Program-made: the position numbers and the translations under genes
Shown: piece by piece, positions 1 to 10,063 of the stretch
Numbering within the stretch: the stretch's first letter is position 1
How the letters are laid out: each line of letters begins with the position of its first letter
Notes under the pieces: generated by a model
Seen by the model: the letters and a program-made list of their open reading frames with translations, nothing else
Told to the model about the DNA's origin: nothing
Database searches by the model: none
Assembly (NCBI GenBank): GCA_020348445.1
Contig: CP070751.1
Coordinates: 5,049,187 to 5,113,186, forward strand
Reading direction: 5' to 3'
Source of the DNA: Thermoplasmata archaeon
GTDB taxonomy: Archaea; Thermoplasmatota; Thermoplasmata; GCA-020350865
DNA length: 64,000 nucleotides

Positions 1-177
1 AGCCACATCGGCTCCCTCAGAGGCCAGTGCAATTGCAATTTCCCTTCCTATTCCTTTGGAGGCTCCCGTTACAAGGGCACGCCTTCCTTTCAACCTGCCC
101 TCTTGGCCATTTGTTTTCGATGTGGCCCGATCTGAATTTTCATTATCTACTTCTAAATCACGATTAGTAATTGACAT
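1..177 (-). CDS. SDR-family NAD(P)-dependent oxidoreductase, N-terminal part (runs off the window start)
   Basis: Hand translation from ATG at 177: MSITNRDLEVDNENSDRATSKTNGQEGRLKGRRALVTGASKGIGREIAIALASEGADVA, with the TGxxxGIG Rossmann motif; SD GGTGAGG upstream. Not in the ORF track because it is truncated. Confidence 0.8.
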   Translation of the reverse strand, partial: MSITNRDLEVDNENSDRATSKTNGQEGRLKGRRALVTGASKGIGREIAIALASEGADVA

Positions 178-527
178 ACTTCCTCACCCCCCCTTTTATA
201 CGTGTTTGGAATGGGAGTACCAATATGTATAGTATCGAGTAAAAACTTATGAATAGGTATAAGCTAATTGTGGTGTCGTTATCTTTTTTGATAACCTGAA
301 TCAACCTTGAAATCATTTTTGAAGTCACCGTCCTGCGCATCAACGCTTAGATTGGGGGGAAAGGCCTTTTGGTATTTATATGTTTCGTTTTACGAAATTA
401 TTTTATTGTTTTATTTATTTTTCATAAATATATCATAAAAAAGGCTAATAAATAATAAATAGAATTGGGGATTTGCTTAGGAAAGGAAAGATTTATATAC
501 GGATACTGACCTAAAGGACATGAAAAT

Positions 528-983
528 ATGACTGATTTTAAGTTGGATGGAACAGATAAAAAAATAATTAAGATGCTTCAAAACAACAGTCGCGTGCATG
601 TTTCGGAGATCGCCCGTAAGATAGGTAACATGACAGAGAACGCAATCAGGTATCGAATCGACAAATTAGAATCTGAAGGTTTTATTTCTACCTATACAAT
701 TCGTCTCAATCGAAAAAAGTTTGGAAAGGATATTACGGCAATTTTCAACCTGAATGTCTTGCCCGAGAACATCAATCGTGCAGTGGACCTTCTAAAAACC
801 ATGGATAGCCTAACAGAGATTTACTTAACTACTGGAACTTATTCAATAACAGCCATAGGATATTTCCAGGACAGAAACGAGTTAACTAAGTTCATAACAC
901 AGAATCTAAAGAAAATAAAAATGATCGATTATGATGTAATTACTGTCCTTGACAGAATCAAGCACGAGCTGTATGCTATTTGA
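528..983 (+). CDS. Lrp/AsnC family transcriptional regulator
   Basis: N-terminal HTH LDGTDKKIIKMLQNNSRVHVSEIARKIG...IRYRIDKLESEGFI plus RAM domain (TTGTYS); divergent from the SDR gene; TATA-like TTTATATA near 491-498. Confidence 0.9.
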   Translation: MTDFKLDGTDKKIIKMLQNNSRVHVSEIARKIGNMTENAIRYRIDKLESEGFISTYTIRLNRKKFGKDITAIFNLNVLPENINRAVDLLKTMDSLTEIYLTTGTYSITAIGYFQDRNELTKFITQNLKKIKMIDYDVITVLDRIKHELYAI

Positions 984-1021
984 GATCAGTGAGCTCTGAA
1001 TGCAATCTTGTGATCCAATTA

Positions 1022-4000
1022 TTAATATTGATCCTGTAGTTCCTCCAACAAATCCCCCATATCCTCTTCATTTGTTTCCTCACTTGGTTCTTCGGATGTC
1101 TCTTCAAATACCTCAGTTGGTTCCTCTTGATCAACTTTTTTAGGTTTAGATTTAACTCGTTCCTCTGGGATATTTTTCACATTACTTGCTTTTCCCCTTC
1201 CACCCATGAGCATCATAATTAGGTTGATGATCAAAAGAACTAAAACAATAATCAACAACAACTCAGTAAGTCCGAATCCCTCCTCCTCAGCCTTCTCCTC
1301 CTTAGGTATGTTATCGATTGAGGTCTTGAGTTCGTCCACTGCGTTTTGCAATTCTGTGTCTAAATTCCTAAGGTCAGTTAAGATTTGCTCAAGCTTTGCA
1401 AGATCATCCAGTGTACTGTTGATCGCAGCCAGTTTATGGCTCGCGTTCTTTTCAAAATATCCAATACCCTGTATTACCTGCCAAATGTCCTCTGCAATTG
1501 ATTCATTGAAGTAAGAGACATTCTGCGCAAGATTTGATAGCTTCGACTTCAATTCTCCAAGCTCCAACTCTCCAAGGTCCTGCAAAATTTCATCGAGCTG
1601 GCTCTGAAGATCAGAGTGGTCCTGCCCTGTGTTCTGATCATGTGTAGTAAGGGCATCTAAAATACCAAAAATGTCATTTTTAATGCTGTCATTGAAGCCT
1701 GCCATATATGCATCCAAATCACTTAATTGGGTGTGAAGTGTGTTGTTCGTGGCAGTTAGATTGGCATCGATCGCTTCTAAAACAAGGTCAAGCCAAGCCC
1801 TAAATGCTCCGTCATCACTTGTGATGTTATCCAAGAGGCTAGCAAGCTGATCTGAAACTGAAGCGTCCATGGCGATGATGTCATCTGTTATGCTCACAAG
1901 CTGATTCTGGATATCTGAAAATAATGTATCGTTCAGGTACTCCAGATAGCTAATTATGTTGGTGTCGTTCAAGCTAGATATATTTTCCATTATAATGGTC
2001 TCGGCATCAACTATCCTTGAAAGAATAGAATTGTTTGCATCTGCAAGTTGTTGGGTAAGGTCGTTGATTTCATTCAACAGGGTTTGATTGAGATCATACA
2101 TGGAATCATGGAGGTTATCCAGGCTTGCGTTCATGCCTATTATATCCAGCTGGATGTTAGTTACTCTGTTTTGGATGTCATTTATGGTGTTGTTGATGAG
2201 ATCTAATGCGGGATTCATCCATTTGGACGAATCATACGGGAAAAAGTCTACATGATCGGGTACCCCATCGTCATCATCGTCTGTGTCGTAAAAATCATAT
2301 ACCATATCACCATCGAAGTCCGGTGGAACCGATGAAATATCTTTTGGATCACTACCGCACAGTATCTCCACATCATCATTTACATTGTCACCATCGTCAT
2401 CATTATCAAAAATGTCGGGAGTGCTGTCACCATCTGTGTCTATCGGCATAGACAACACATTTAAAGGCTCGGTTCCGCATTGAATTTCCATATCATCGCT
2501 CCATCCGTCATTGTCATCATCTAAATCGAGGTTGTCGCCTATGGTGTCACCGTCGGTATCAACGTCTGCGACGATACTTTGAAGAACAGAAAGCGGGCTC
2601 TCTCCTCCAAGAGGGCCGATAGCTACAACTGCGTAATAGTACGTTACCCCAGGTGTGACATTAATATCTGTATAGGTCGAAGCATTGGTATCAATCAACC
2701 TGTAAAGCAGGTTCGGTTCAGTGCCGCGATAAATACCAAAGAAATAGGGTTCATCATAGGTATCGTCCCAAGATATGTGGATACCGGTCATACCTGTTGT
2801 TAAGTTTAATGAGACGTTCTGAACCTGTGTTTCGGAACTGCGAATAATCAGATATGTCTGGCCTGCAAGGTCCCCCCCGAACTCATCCTGATATGCACCA
2901 ATTAATATGTTGTCACTGCCATCGCCGTTTACATCACCTGCTCCTGCTACCTGATTACCTGACTGATCATCATTATCCTCTCCAATGAACGAGGCGTCTG
3001 CATCTGATAGATCGTTGTCCATCACCCACCCTGCCGCCTTACCAAAGACAAGATATGTTTTGCCTGCACCATTTCCACCGTCATCATTATGAGGGGCACC
3101 TATTATTATGTCGTCATAACCGTCACCATTCACATCACCAGCTGATGATACAGATTTCCCTGAGGTATCCCCACCTCTCTCGCCCCAGAAAGAGGCGTCC
3201 ACGCTTGAAAGGTTGATATCCATTGTCCAGCCCGAGGCTTTGCCTAGAATTAGGTATGTCTGGCCTGAGCTTCCCCCACCATCATCGTTCCCAACTGCAC
3301 CAATAAGTATGTCATCGTAACCATCACCGTTTACATCACCTGCAATGGATATTGATCCGGCACTTCCGGAATAATCCATCACATCCTCACCATAGAACGA
3401 GGCATCAGAATTGGACACATTGACGTCATTTGCCCAGCCCGATGCTTTACCAAGAATAAGATAGGTCTGGCCTGCGTCCAAACCGCCTTCATCATTAAAA
3501 AATGCGCCAATCAATATATCATCAAAGCCATCACCATTTACATCACCTCCCCCGGCCAATGCAGAACCTGCTCGATCTTGTACAGCTTCTCCCCAGAAAG
3601 ATGCGTTTGCAGTTGAAAGAGAAGTACCCATTGACCAACCAGAAGCATTACCAAAAACAAGATAGGTCTGACCTGCATCATCGCCTCCTTCATTGTTCTT
3701 ATACGCCCCAATCAGTATATCATCGAAACCGTCACCATTAACATCGCCTGCCCCCGCCACAAAATCTCCTGCCAAATCAGCATTACCTTCACCAATAAAA
3801 GATGCGTCAGCTAATGAAAGATCAGTATCCATAGACCAGCCAGACGCCTTCCCATAAATTACATAAGTTTGACCCCTATTGCCCCCATGATATGGTGCAC
3901 CAATTAGAAAGTCGTCATATCCATCGCCATTTACATCACCTGCTCCTGCTATCGATGATCCTGATCTGTCACCTCCGCTCTCGCCAATAAATGATGCATC

Positions 4001-5842
4001 TGCATCTGAGAGATTAATCTTTGTTGGCCAGGTTGAGCCTTTACCAAAAATTAAGAAGGTCTGGCCAGCCTCTCCACCGCCTTCATCGTTATTGTATGCG
4101 CCAATAAGAATATCATCATAGCCGTCACCATTTACATCGCCTGCACCTGCAATAGAAATTCCAGATCTGTCCCCTGCGACCTCACCATAAAATCCGATGC
4201 CATAATCACCCAAATCCACATTGGACTTGCTCCAGAGTATATCGTCCTGTGCCAATGAACTTGCATCGTAATCGTCAGGGATACCATCGTTATCATCGTC
4301 TGTATCTAGTATGTCAGGTATGGTATCTTCATCAGTATCTATAGGCCTCGAACTGAAATCAAGTGGATCACTTCCGCATACCACCTCCAAATCATCACTC
4401 CAACCATCGTTATCATCATCTAAATCGAGATTATTGCCTATATCATCGGAATCTGTGTCCACCCACTCGTTCGGATTCATTGGGAACGCATCCATTGTAT
4501 TTTCTGCACCATCACCATCGATGTCCATATCAGTGTTATCACCTGTTCCATCTGAGTCTGTGTCCATCCATTCATTTGGATCAAGGGGGAAGGCATCCAC
4601 TGTATCATAGACACCATCATTGTCATCATCTGAATCTATTGCATCAGGAAATGGATCTCCGTCGAAGTTAGATGGTAACGATAAGTTGTCTTTTGGGTCG
4701 GATGCACATTGCACCTCTATATCATCATCCCAACCGTCGTTATCGGCATCGGGATCTAGATTATCGCCCATACCGTCGGAATCGGTATCTAAATATTCTC
4801 CAGGATTTTCAGGAAACGCATCATCCCAATCATAAACTCCATCCTCATCCTGGTCTATATGAGTCATGTATATGTTTTTGTCACTAAGTCTTTCGTCTTG
4901 CCATACAATTATATCATCATAAATGACTGGATAAAACTGCCATGATAAATTTGTCGTGACCTGGGTTTCGGTACCCTTGCTAATGTCATACATGTAGATG
5001 TCGTAGTTGCCGTTTCTAAAATCATGGTACACCACCCTATCCTTGTAAATATCTGCAAATCGCTGCTCTCCTGGATCCGTGGTAACCGGAGAGATAATAC
5101 CTGTGCTTATTTCATACATGTAGATGTCCCAGTTACCGTTTCTGTTGTCATGCCAGACGATCCTGTCTCCGTAAATTGCAGGGTACCACTGCCAATCTGC
5201 ATCATTGGTTATCGCAATCTCCGTGAACGTTGTCAGGTTGTACATATAGAGGTCATAGTTACCGGTCCTTTGATCATGCCACACGATCTTGTCCCCATAA
5301 ACCACAGGATAACTCTGGTCTAATCCATCTGTTGTAATCTGCATTTCTGTTCCATTAATTAGGTTGAACATATAGATGTCAAGATTGCCATTTCTATCGT
5401 CGTGCCATACTATTATATCTCCGTATATGTCAGGGTATCCCTGATATCCACCGTCTGAGGTGATCCGCATCTCCGTCTCGTTGCTGAAATCGTACAAGTA
5501 GATATCGTCATTGAAATTCCTTTGATCCTGCCATACGATCCTGTCACCGTGGATCCGAGCAGACCACTGAGTTTCCGGCTCATTTGTTAACTGGATTTCC
5601 GTATCAGTTTCAAGATCGTACACAAAGATATCTTCCCCAGGGCTTCCCCCGTTATGCCATGCAATCCTGTCTCCGTATATTGCCGGTCTTTCATTACCTA
5701 TCGTACTCCACGAAATCCGAACCTCATTGTCGGATGCTTCAACATCTTCAATAAAATTCAGCATTCCCACAAAACAAGCGCACATCATCATCCATACAAT
5801 CAGAATGGATATTACACTTACTTTTTCTCCATCTTTTTCCAT
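1022..5842 (-). CDS. Large membrane-anchored surface protein: signal peptide, TolB-like beta-propeller repeats, Ca-binding TSP3-like DxDxDG repeats, seven FG-GAP/integrin-alpha-like repeats, FN3-like domain, coiled-coil stalk, C-terminal TM helix and acidic tail
   Basis: Repeats PxIYGDxIVWxDxRNGNxDIYMY; DxDxDGxxDxxD; AGDVNGDGYDDILIGA x7; TM LLLIIVLVLLIINLIMMLM. Start moved to ATG 5842 (MEKDGEK) because GGGGAGGT lies just upstream. Confidence 0.85.
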   Translation of the reverse strand: MEKDGEKVSVISILIVWMMMCACFVGMLNFIEDVEASDNEVRISWSTIGNERPAIYGDRIAWHNGGSPGEDIFVYDLETDTEIQLTNEPETQWSARIHGDRIVWQDQRNFNDDIYLYDFSNETEMRITSDGGYQGYPDIYGDIIVWHDDRNGNLDIYMFNLINGTEMQITTDGLDQSYPVVYGDKIVWHDQRTGNYDLYMYNLTTFTEIAITNDADWQWYPAIYGDRIVWHDNRNGNWDIYMYEISTGIISPVTTDPGEQRFADIYKDRVVYHDFRNGNYDIYMYDISKGTETQVTTNLSWQFYPVIYDDIIVWQDERLSDKNIYMTHIDQDEDGVYDWDDAFPENPGEYLDTDSDGMGDNLDPDADNDGWDDDIEVQCASDPKDNLSLPSNFDGDPFPDAIDSDDDNDGVYDTVDAFPLDPNEWMDTDSDGTGDNTDMDIDGDGAENTMDAFPMNPNEWVDTDSDDIGNNLDLDDDNDGWSDDLEVVCGSDPLDFSSRPIDTDEDTIPDILDTDDDNDGIPDDYDASSLAQDDILWSKSNVDLGDYGIGFYGEVAGDRSGISIAGAGDVNGDGYDDILIGAYNNDEGGGEAGQTFLIFGKGSTWPTKINLSDADASFIGESGGDRSGSSIAGAGDVNGDGYDDFLIGAPYHGGNRGQTYVIYGKASGWSMDTDLSLADASFIGEGNADLAGDFVAGAGDVNGDGFDDILIGAYKNNEGGDDAGQTYLVFGNASGWSMGTSLSTANASFWGEAVQDRAGSALAGGGDVNGDGFDDILIGAFFNDEGGLDAGQTYLILGKASGWANDVNVSNSDASFYGEDVMDYSGSAGSISIAGDVNGDGYDDILIGAVGNDDGGGSSGQTYLILGKASGWTMDINLSSVDASFWGERGGDTSGKSVSSAGDVNGDGYDDIIIGAPHNDDGGNGAGKTYLVFGKAAGWVMDNDLSDADASFIGEDNDDQSGNQVAGAGDVNGDGSDNILIGAYQDEFGGDLAGQTYLIIRSSETQVQNVSLNLTTGMTGIHISWDDTYDEPYFFGIYRGTEPNLLYRLIDTNASTYTDINVTPGVTYYYAVVAIGPLGGESPLSVLQSIVADVDTDGDTIGDNLDLDDDNDGWSDDMEIQCGTEPLNVLSMPIDTDGDSTPDIFDNDDDGDNVNDDVEILCGSDPKDISSVPPDFDGDMVYDFYDTDDDDDGVPDHVDFFPYDSSKWMNPALDLINNTINDIQNRVTNIQLDIIGMNASLDNLHDSMYDLNQTLLNEINDLTQQLADANNSILSRIVDAETIIMENISSLNDTNIISYLEYLNDTLFSDIQNQLVSITDDIIAMDASVSDQLASLLDNITSDDGAFRAWLDLVLEAIDANLTATNNTLHTQLSDLDAYMAGFNDSIKNDIFGILDALTTHDQNTGQDHSDLQSQLDEILQDLGELELGELKSKLSNLAQNVSYFNESIAEDIWQVIQGIGYFEKNASHKLAAINSTLDDLAKLEQILTDLRNLDTELQNAVDELKTSIDNIPKEEKAEEEGFGLTELLLIIVLVLLIINLIMMLMGGRGKASNVKNIPEERVKSKPKKVDQEEPTEVFEETSEEPSEETNEEDMGDLLEELQDQY

Positions 5843-5968
5843 AATTACCTCCCCCTTGCGAAGATAATAGAAGGATAATTGAACTTCTAATTTAAATACA
5901 TATTGGATGATAATATAAAATATTGCCAGTTTGTATAACACATATTACTCAACTGGAATAAAATCAAC

Positions 5969-6283
5969 CTACATCTCAATCTCCATATCCACCAACTTAA
6001 AGCTCAAGGTCTTCCCGTGCCTGTCAACTCTCAATGACTGCGTAATCCCTCCATCCAATGCATTATGGAACACAAAATTGAATGCTTTAATATTGTCCAT
6101 GTCGTAGCGTTTTACTTCCCCTTTTACAAGACTCCCAAATTGCTCTTTAACCTTCTCAGGAGTTACTTTCTCCCTCAGAACTTCATAATCCTTCTCTTCA
6201 TAAGGAATAAGGGAAATATTGAGAATATCTCCTTTGTCTCCGCTTCTTGCATGGGCGATTTCTCTCAATTTAATCTTGGCCAT
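5969..6283 (-). CDS. Small AtuA-associated ferredoxin-fold protein
   Basis: MAKIKLREIAHARSGDKGD...LDGG...SLRVDRHGKTLS is the typical small partner of DUF1446; ATG 6283 with GGGGAGGAG SD, overlapping the stop of the upstream gene. Confidence 0.8.
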   Translation of the reverse strand: MAKIKLREIAHARSGDKGDILNISLIPYEEKDYEVLREKVTPEKVKEQFGSLVKGEVKRYDMDNIKAFNFVFHNALDGGITQSLRVDRHGKTLSFKLVDMEIEM

Positions 6284-7619
6284 TCTCCTCCCCCAGGATT
6301 TTTGTTTGGACAGTAACAATTTCTCTTGGGATGAAAGCAGACGTAATTGCAATGTTCTCTTCTATGCTCCTTGTCACACCCCCGCCTCCTGCTGGGCCGT
6401 TTGTGTAAAGCGCTTCAACTTCGTTGCAGAGCTTTTCGACATCCTTTCGTATCCGAGCTCTACCAATTACACGGAGCCTTATCTCGTTCGATATAGAGGG
6501 AGAACCACCTGGCCAAAGTGAACCTGAACCAATAAAATCGAACCTCAGGGCCTCAAAATCCAGTTTAAGATCTGCAAACCTTTTCATCAATATCTGGGCA
6601 GCAAGTTGGGCTCGATTTTTCGCTCCATATCCCCCGTAAGAAATTTGTGCCTCTCCGAGAAAACCATTTCTAAAACCGATGTTCACCTTGAGATAAGCAG
6701 GTCGTGCTCTCCCTCCTCCTCCTGAAATCTTCACCATATCCTGTCCTTTCTCCTCTAGTTTGATCTTCGTAAAATCTGCTATACCGTCAGCTGTTTTATA
6801 AGAACTTGGATCATGGACCTCATAAAGCAGCTGCTCCTTAACAGTTCTTAGGCTCACCTCTCCACCTGTATCTGGTAATTTCGTGATTACGGCCTCCTGA
6901 TTAGCAAAAATCTCTGCAATGGGAAAACTCAGATTTGCTAGTCCTTCGACGTTCTTATATCCAGGATCTGCAAAATAGCCACCAGTGACCTGAGCCCCGC
7001 ATTCCATTAGATGAGCAACTGTAATACCGAATCCAATTTTGTCCCAATCATCATCCTTCCATCCATGCTCATGCATCATGGGTGCCAAAAACAGGGAAGG
7101 ATCGCAGGTTCTTCCAGTAATTATTATGTCTGCTTTCGATTTTAATAATTCAATAATTGGTGAGGCCCCTAGATATGTATTTGCTGAAATGATCTTGTCT
7201 CTAATCTCGTGAATCTTGTCAGGTTCTTTCAACACAGAAAAATCGGAGTCCACCATGGCATCCAGAATGTCATCCTCCAAAACAATCCCAACCTTGAGAC
7301 AAGCATGGCCCATTTCATTAAGGAGGCTCCGTGTCTTCTTCCCTGCTGCAAGGGGATTGGCTGCTCCCATATTTGTTATGATTTTTATTTTATTATCAAC
7401 ACAGGGGGATAGAACTAGCCTCAGTCTTTCCTCGAGTAAGGGATCGTATCCTGAATCAGGATCGGAGAGCCTGCGTAAATGGGCAAGTGCCATGGTTCTT
7501 TCAGCCAGGCATTCGAAGACAAGATAGTCCAAGTCTCCGGACTTGGCAATTGAAGCAGCTGGCTCGATTCTGTCACCAGAATAGCCAGCCCCTGTCCCTA
7601 TCCTGAGTGTATCTACCAT
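6270..7619 (-). CDS. Acyclic terpene utilization AtuA family protein (DUF1446)
   Basis: LRIGTGAGYSGDR, DYLVFECLAERT, ADIIITGRTCDPSLFL, HLMECGAQVTGG, EQLLYEVHDP motifs. Confidence 0.9.
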   Translation of the reverse strand: MVDTLRIGTGAGYSGDRIEPAASIAKSGDLDYLVFECLAERTMALAHLRRLSDPDSGYDPLLEERLRLVLSPCVDNKIKIITNMGAANPLAAGKKTRSLLNEMGHACLKVGIVLEDDILDAMVDSDFSVLKEPDKIHEIRDKIISANTYLGASPIIELLKSKADIIITGRTCDPSLFLAPMMHEHGWKDDDWDKIGFGITVAHLMECGAQVTGGYFADPGYKNVEGLANLSFPIAEIFANQEAVITKLPDTGGEVSLRTVKEQLLYEVHDPSSYKTADGIADFTKIKLEEKGQDMVKISGGGGRARPAYLKVNIGFRNGFLGEAQISYGGYGAKNRAQLAAQILMKRFADLKLDFEALRFDFIGSGSLWPGGSPSISNEIRLRVIGRARIRKDVEKLCNEVEALYTNGPAGGGGVTRSIEENIAITSAFIPREIVTVQTKILGEENGQD

Positions 7620-7807
7620 AAGAATGACCTGTTCTTACATAATACCAGCATTAAAGATAAAGATTTTTCAAATATCGAATTGCCATGTAAGTCATTGCCT
7701 CCTTGCTTTTACAATGATAGATGATTTACATAAAAGGATTATCGATAACGAACAATGACCCAGATAGATAAGCCTTGCCATGACAATTAAAAAACAAAAA
7801 TGCGAGC

Positions 7808-9898
7808 CTAGCCTATCCTGCCCCGAGTATAACAAAAAGGACACTGCACCCAGGCAGCATTAGAAGGTACAAACAAAAATTGATAACAACTTGGACATTT
7901 CACCTGCATCTGTGGGATCACGGGTTGAGTGAGCTGTACAATCTGCGTGACTTGTGGAGGAGGTGGCGAAATAGGCGCATTTACCTGGACGGGGTACGCT
8001 CCTTGTATTTGGGGTGTCATTTGCGGTTGGGATTGATATGGATGGCTGGGATAGGTTGACGGGTAACTGGAGGTATATGGTCGTGAAACTGGAATGGGTG
8101 GTGAGACATGGGCGGTTTGGGCAGGATAGCCTTGTCCCGATCCCAATTCATATGTCGGCCTTTGCCTTCTCGTTGCCACGAGTACTGAGACAAGAATAAT
8201 TATTACCATTATCGGAATCAGAAACAAATAAATCGGTAGGTCTGAGTCTTGCGAAGATGAGATAGGGTTTGAACTCCGCCCCCCTTTGTAGGAGACAAGT
8301 TCCATTGTCACCTGTAACTCCCTGCTATCGGAGTAGGCTTCGGTCTTAACTGGGAATCCTAGCTCAGGTGAATAATAAACCAGCGTATATCCTGAGCCTG
8401 TACCAAAAAGTGGCAAATCACCCCCAAAATATTCCCCTCCTTCCATACTCCAAATCACAAAGGTCTCAAATGTTCCAGCTCCGACTGTAACTTCCTTCAC
8501 ATGTAGAGCTTCGTACTCTGTTATCGAAGAGGAAGAATCGGTTTCTTGATACTCCTCTTCAATCTCCCCATCTATTATGACTGTTACATCAGTAATGGTT
8601 GATACCGTACTTGTCGATGTCCAGGTTTCAGCGATGCTAATAGGGAAATCGTGATTGTCCAAGGGGGGATCATAAGTTACAGTAGATTCTTCAACTCTTG
8701 TTTCTGTTGAATCAAAGGCTGAATAGGTCATTTCAGTTTTCATATCTCCTTTTATGGTAGCTAAATCAGATACTCTTAACCACTGTTTACCTTCCCCTGT
8801 TGCTGAGGAAGACATGGTTTCTCCATCAAAGGTGAGGGTAAAGCTCAAGGTCATGCTCATATCGATGGCGTAAGCATCGTATTTCTCCCCATCAATATCT
8901 ATTGTCTCAATTTTGGTAACTTCCATGCTAATATCAGCACTGAAATCCATGTATTCGACAATGTCCTCTAGTTCATTAAACTCGGCGAACTCAATCTCAT
9001 AAATCAGTTCTGTCCCGATCTTCAATTCAGGAACATCCGTTGTTCTGGGAGAGTTCGTGTTACTCTGATCCACAAAGACTGTTATTGAATCTTCGTAATA
9101 TTCTCTGCCGTCGTAACCCCTGGCATAAATGGTGTGCTCATCATCCGAGACCGAGGTGGTGTCCCATTCAAACCTCCAGGTTTCCCAGTCATTTGAGGTG
9201 GATGCCAATTCCCATCCAGAGTCAGATGTGGAATCGATCTGGATTTCCACAGATATTAACTCCCCATAACAGTTTGTCTCGCCTTTTATGATCTTGGTTT
9301 TGCTTACAGTTGAACCCGGTCTTGGATCTGTAATCATCACAGGTAATCCGTAATAATATTCCTCCCAGTAAGGCTCTTCGTCAGGTGCTCTATCGTAGCA
9401 GTATATGTCATTGACATAATCCTCTTCATAAGCCTCACCGTAAAAGTTAAATTCAATTATTTCTCCAATATCGTTCATTTGAATCCTTACTTCCAAAGTG
9501 TCGGTTCCAGAACCAGTGGCCTGAAGGACGTCCGAACTTCCATCTTCCATATTAATTCCATTGCATACTCCGTTTGAGTATGAGACCATGTATGACCATT
9601 CATCTCCATCCATTAGAGTGAATGAATAGAATATTTTGTCGGAATCCATAATCACATCTTCAACCGTCATCGTGAGGATGAGCTGAACCCCCATCGTGGA
9701 CTCAGATGAGGAAATCTCTATGATATCGAGGTACTGATACCCCCGTACAAAATCATCGTACAAATCCTTGACGTCACCCTCAGAATCATAATATATAATG
9801 TCATAGCCATCAGCCAGGGTTAATCCCGGAAAAAGCATGACTACCAGACATAGGAACAATGGCAATATCCTTGTGATTTTTAGGGTTTTTGTGTTCAT
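7808..9898 (-). CDS. Secreted, membrane-anchored acidic protein with an Ig-like domain, a TM helix, a Pro/Tyr/Gln-rich cytoplasmic linker and a C-terminal zinc finger
   Basis: Signal peptide; Ig-like VMITDPRPGSTVS...WDTTSVSDDEHTIYARGYDG; TM IYLFLIPIMVIIILVSVLVAT-RRQR; terminal CPSC-x14-CPFC. Confidence 0.75.
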   Translation of the reverse strand: MNTKTLKITRILPLFLCLVVMLFPGLTLADGYDIIYYDSEGDVKDLYDDFVRGYQYLDIIEISSSESTMGVQLILTMTVEDVIMDSDKIFYSFTLMDGDEWSYMVSYSNGVCNGINMEDGSSDVLQATGSGTDTLEVRIQMNDIGEIIEFNFYGEAYEEDYVNDIYCYDRAPDEEPYWEEYYYGLPVMITDPRPGSTVSKTKIIKGETNCYGELISVEIQIDSTSDSGWELASTSNDWETWRFEWDTTSVSDDEHTIYARGYDGREYYEDSITVFVDQSNTNSPRTTDVPELKIGTELIYEIEFAEFNELEDIVEYMDFSADISMEVTKIETIDIDGEKYDAYAIDMSMTLSFTLTFDGETMSSSATGEGKQWLRVSDLATIKGDMKTEMTYSAFDSTETRVEESTVTYDPPLDNHDFPISIAETWTSTSTVSTITDVTVIIDGEIEEEYQETDSSSSITEYEALHVKEVTVGAGTFETFVIWSMEGGEYFGGDLPLFGTGSGYTLVYYSPELGFPVKTEAYSDSRELQVTMELVSYKGGRSSNPISSSQDSDLPIYLFLIPIMVIIILVSVLVATRRQRPTYELGSGQGYPAQTAHVSPPIPVSRPYTSSYPSTYPSHPYQSQPQMTPQIQGAYPVQVNAPISPPPPQVTQIVQLTQPVIPQMQVKCPSCYQFLFVPSNAAWVQCPFCYTRGRIG

Positions 9899-10063
9899 AA
9901 TTTACCCTTCTCTTTCCCCGGACATCTATTGTTTTTCCTGCTTAATACCTTTTTGGTGCAATATTACCTTAAAAACCGAGTAAAATAGCTATCACTTGTT
10001 TGGCAAAATATAAGTAGCTTAAGTGGTATGTACTCTTAGTTAATACGGTAATTAGGTGAATTT

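Noticed and set aside
5843-5941. Longest-ORF N-terminal extensions (also 6284-6352, 23204-23260, 45722-45817)
   Set aside because: Downstream ATGs have clear SD motifs and match the expected protein starts.
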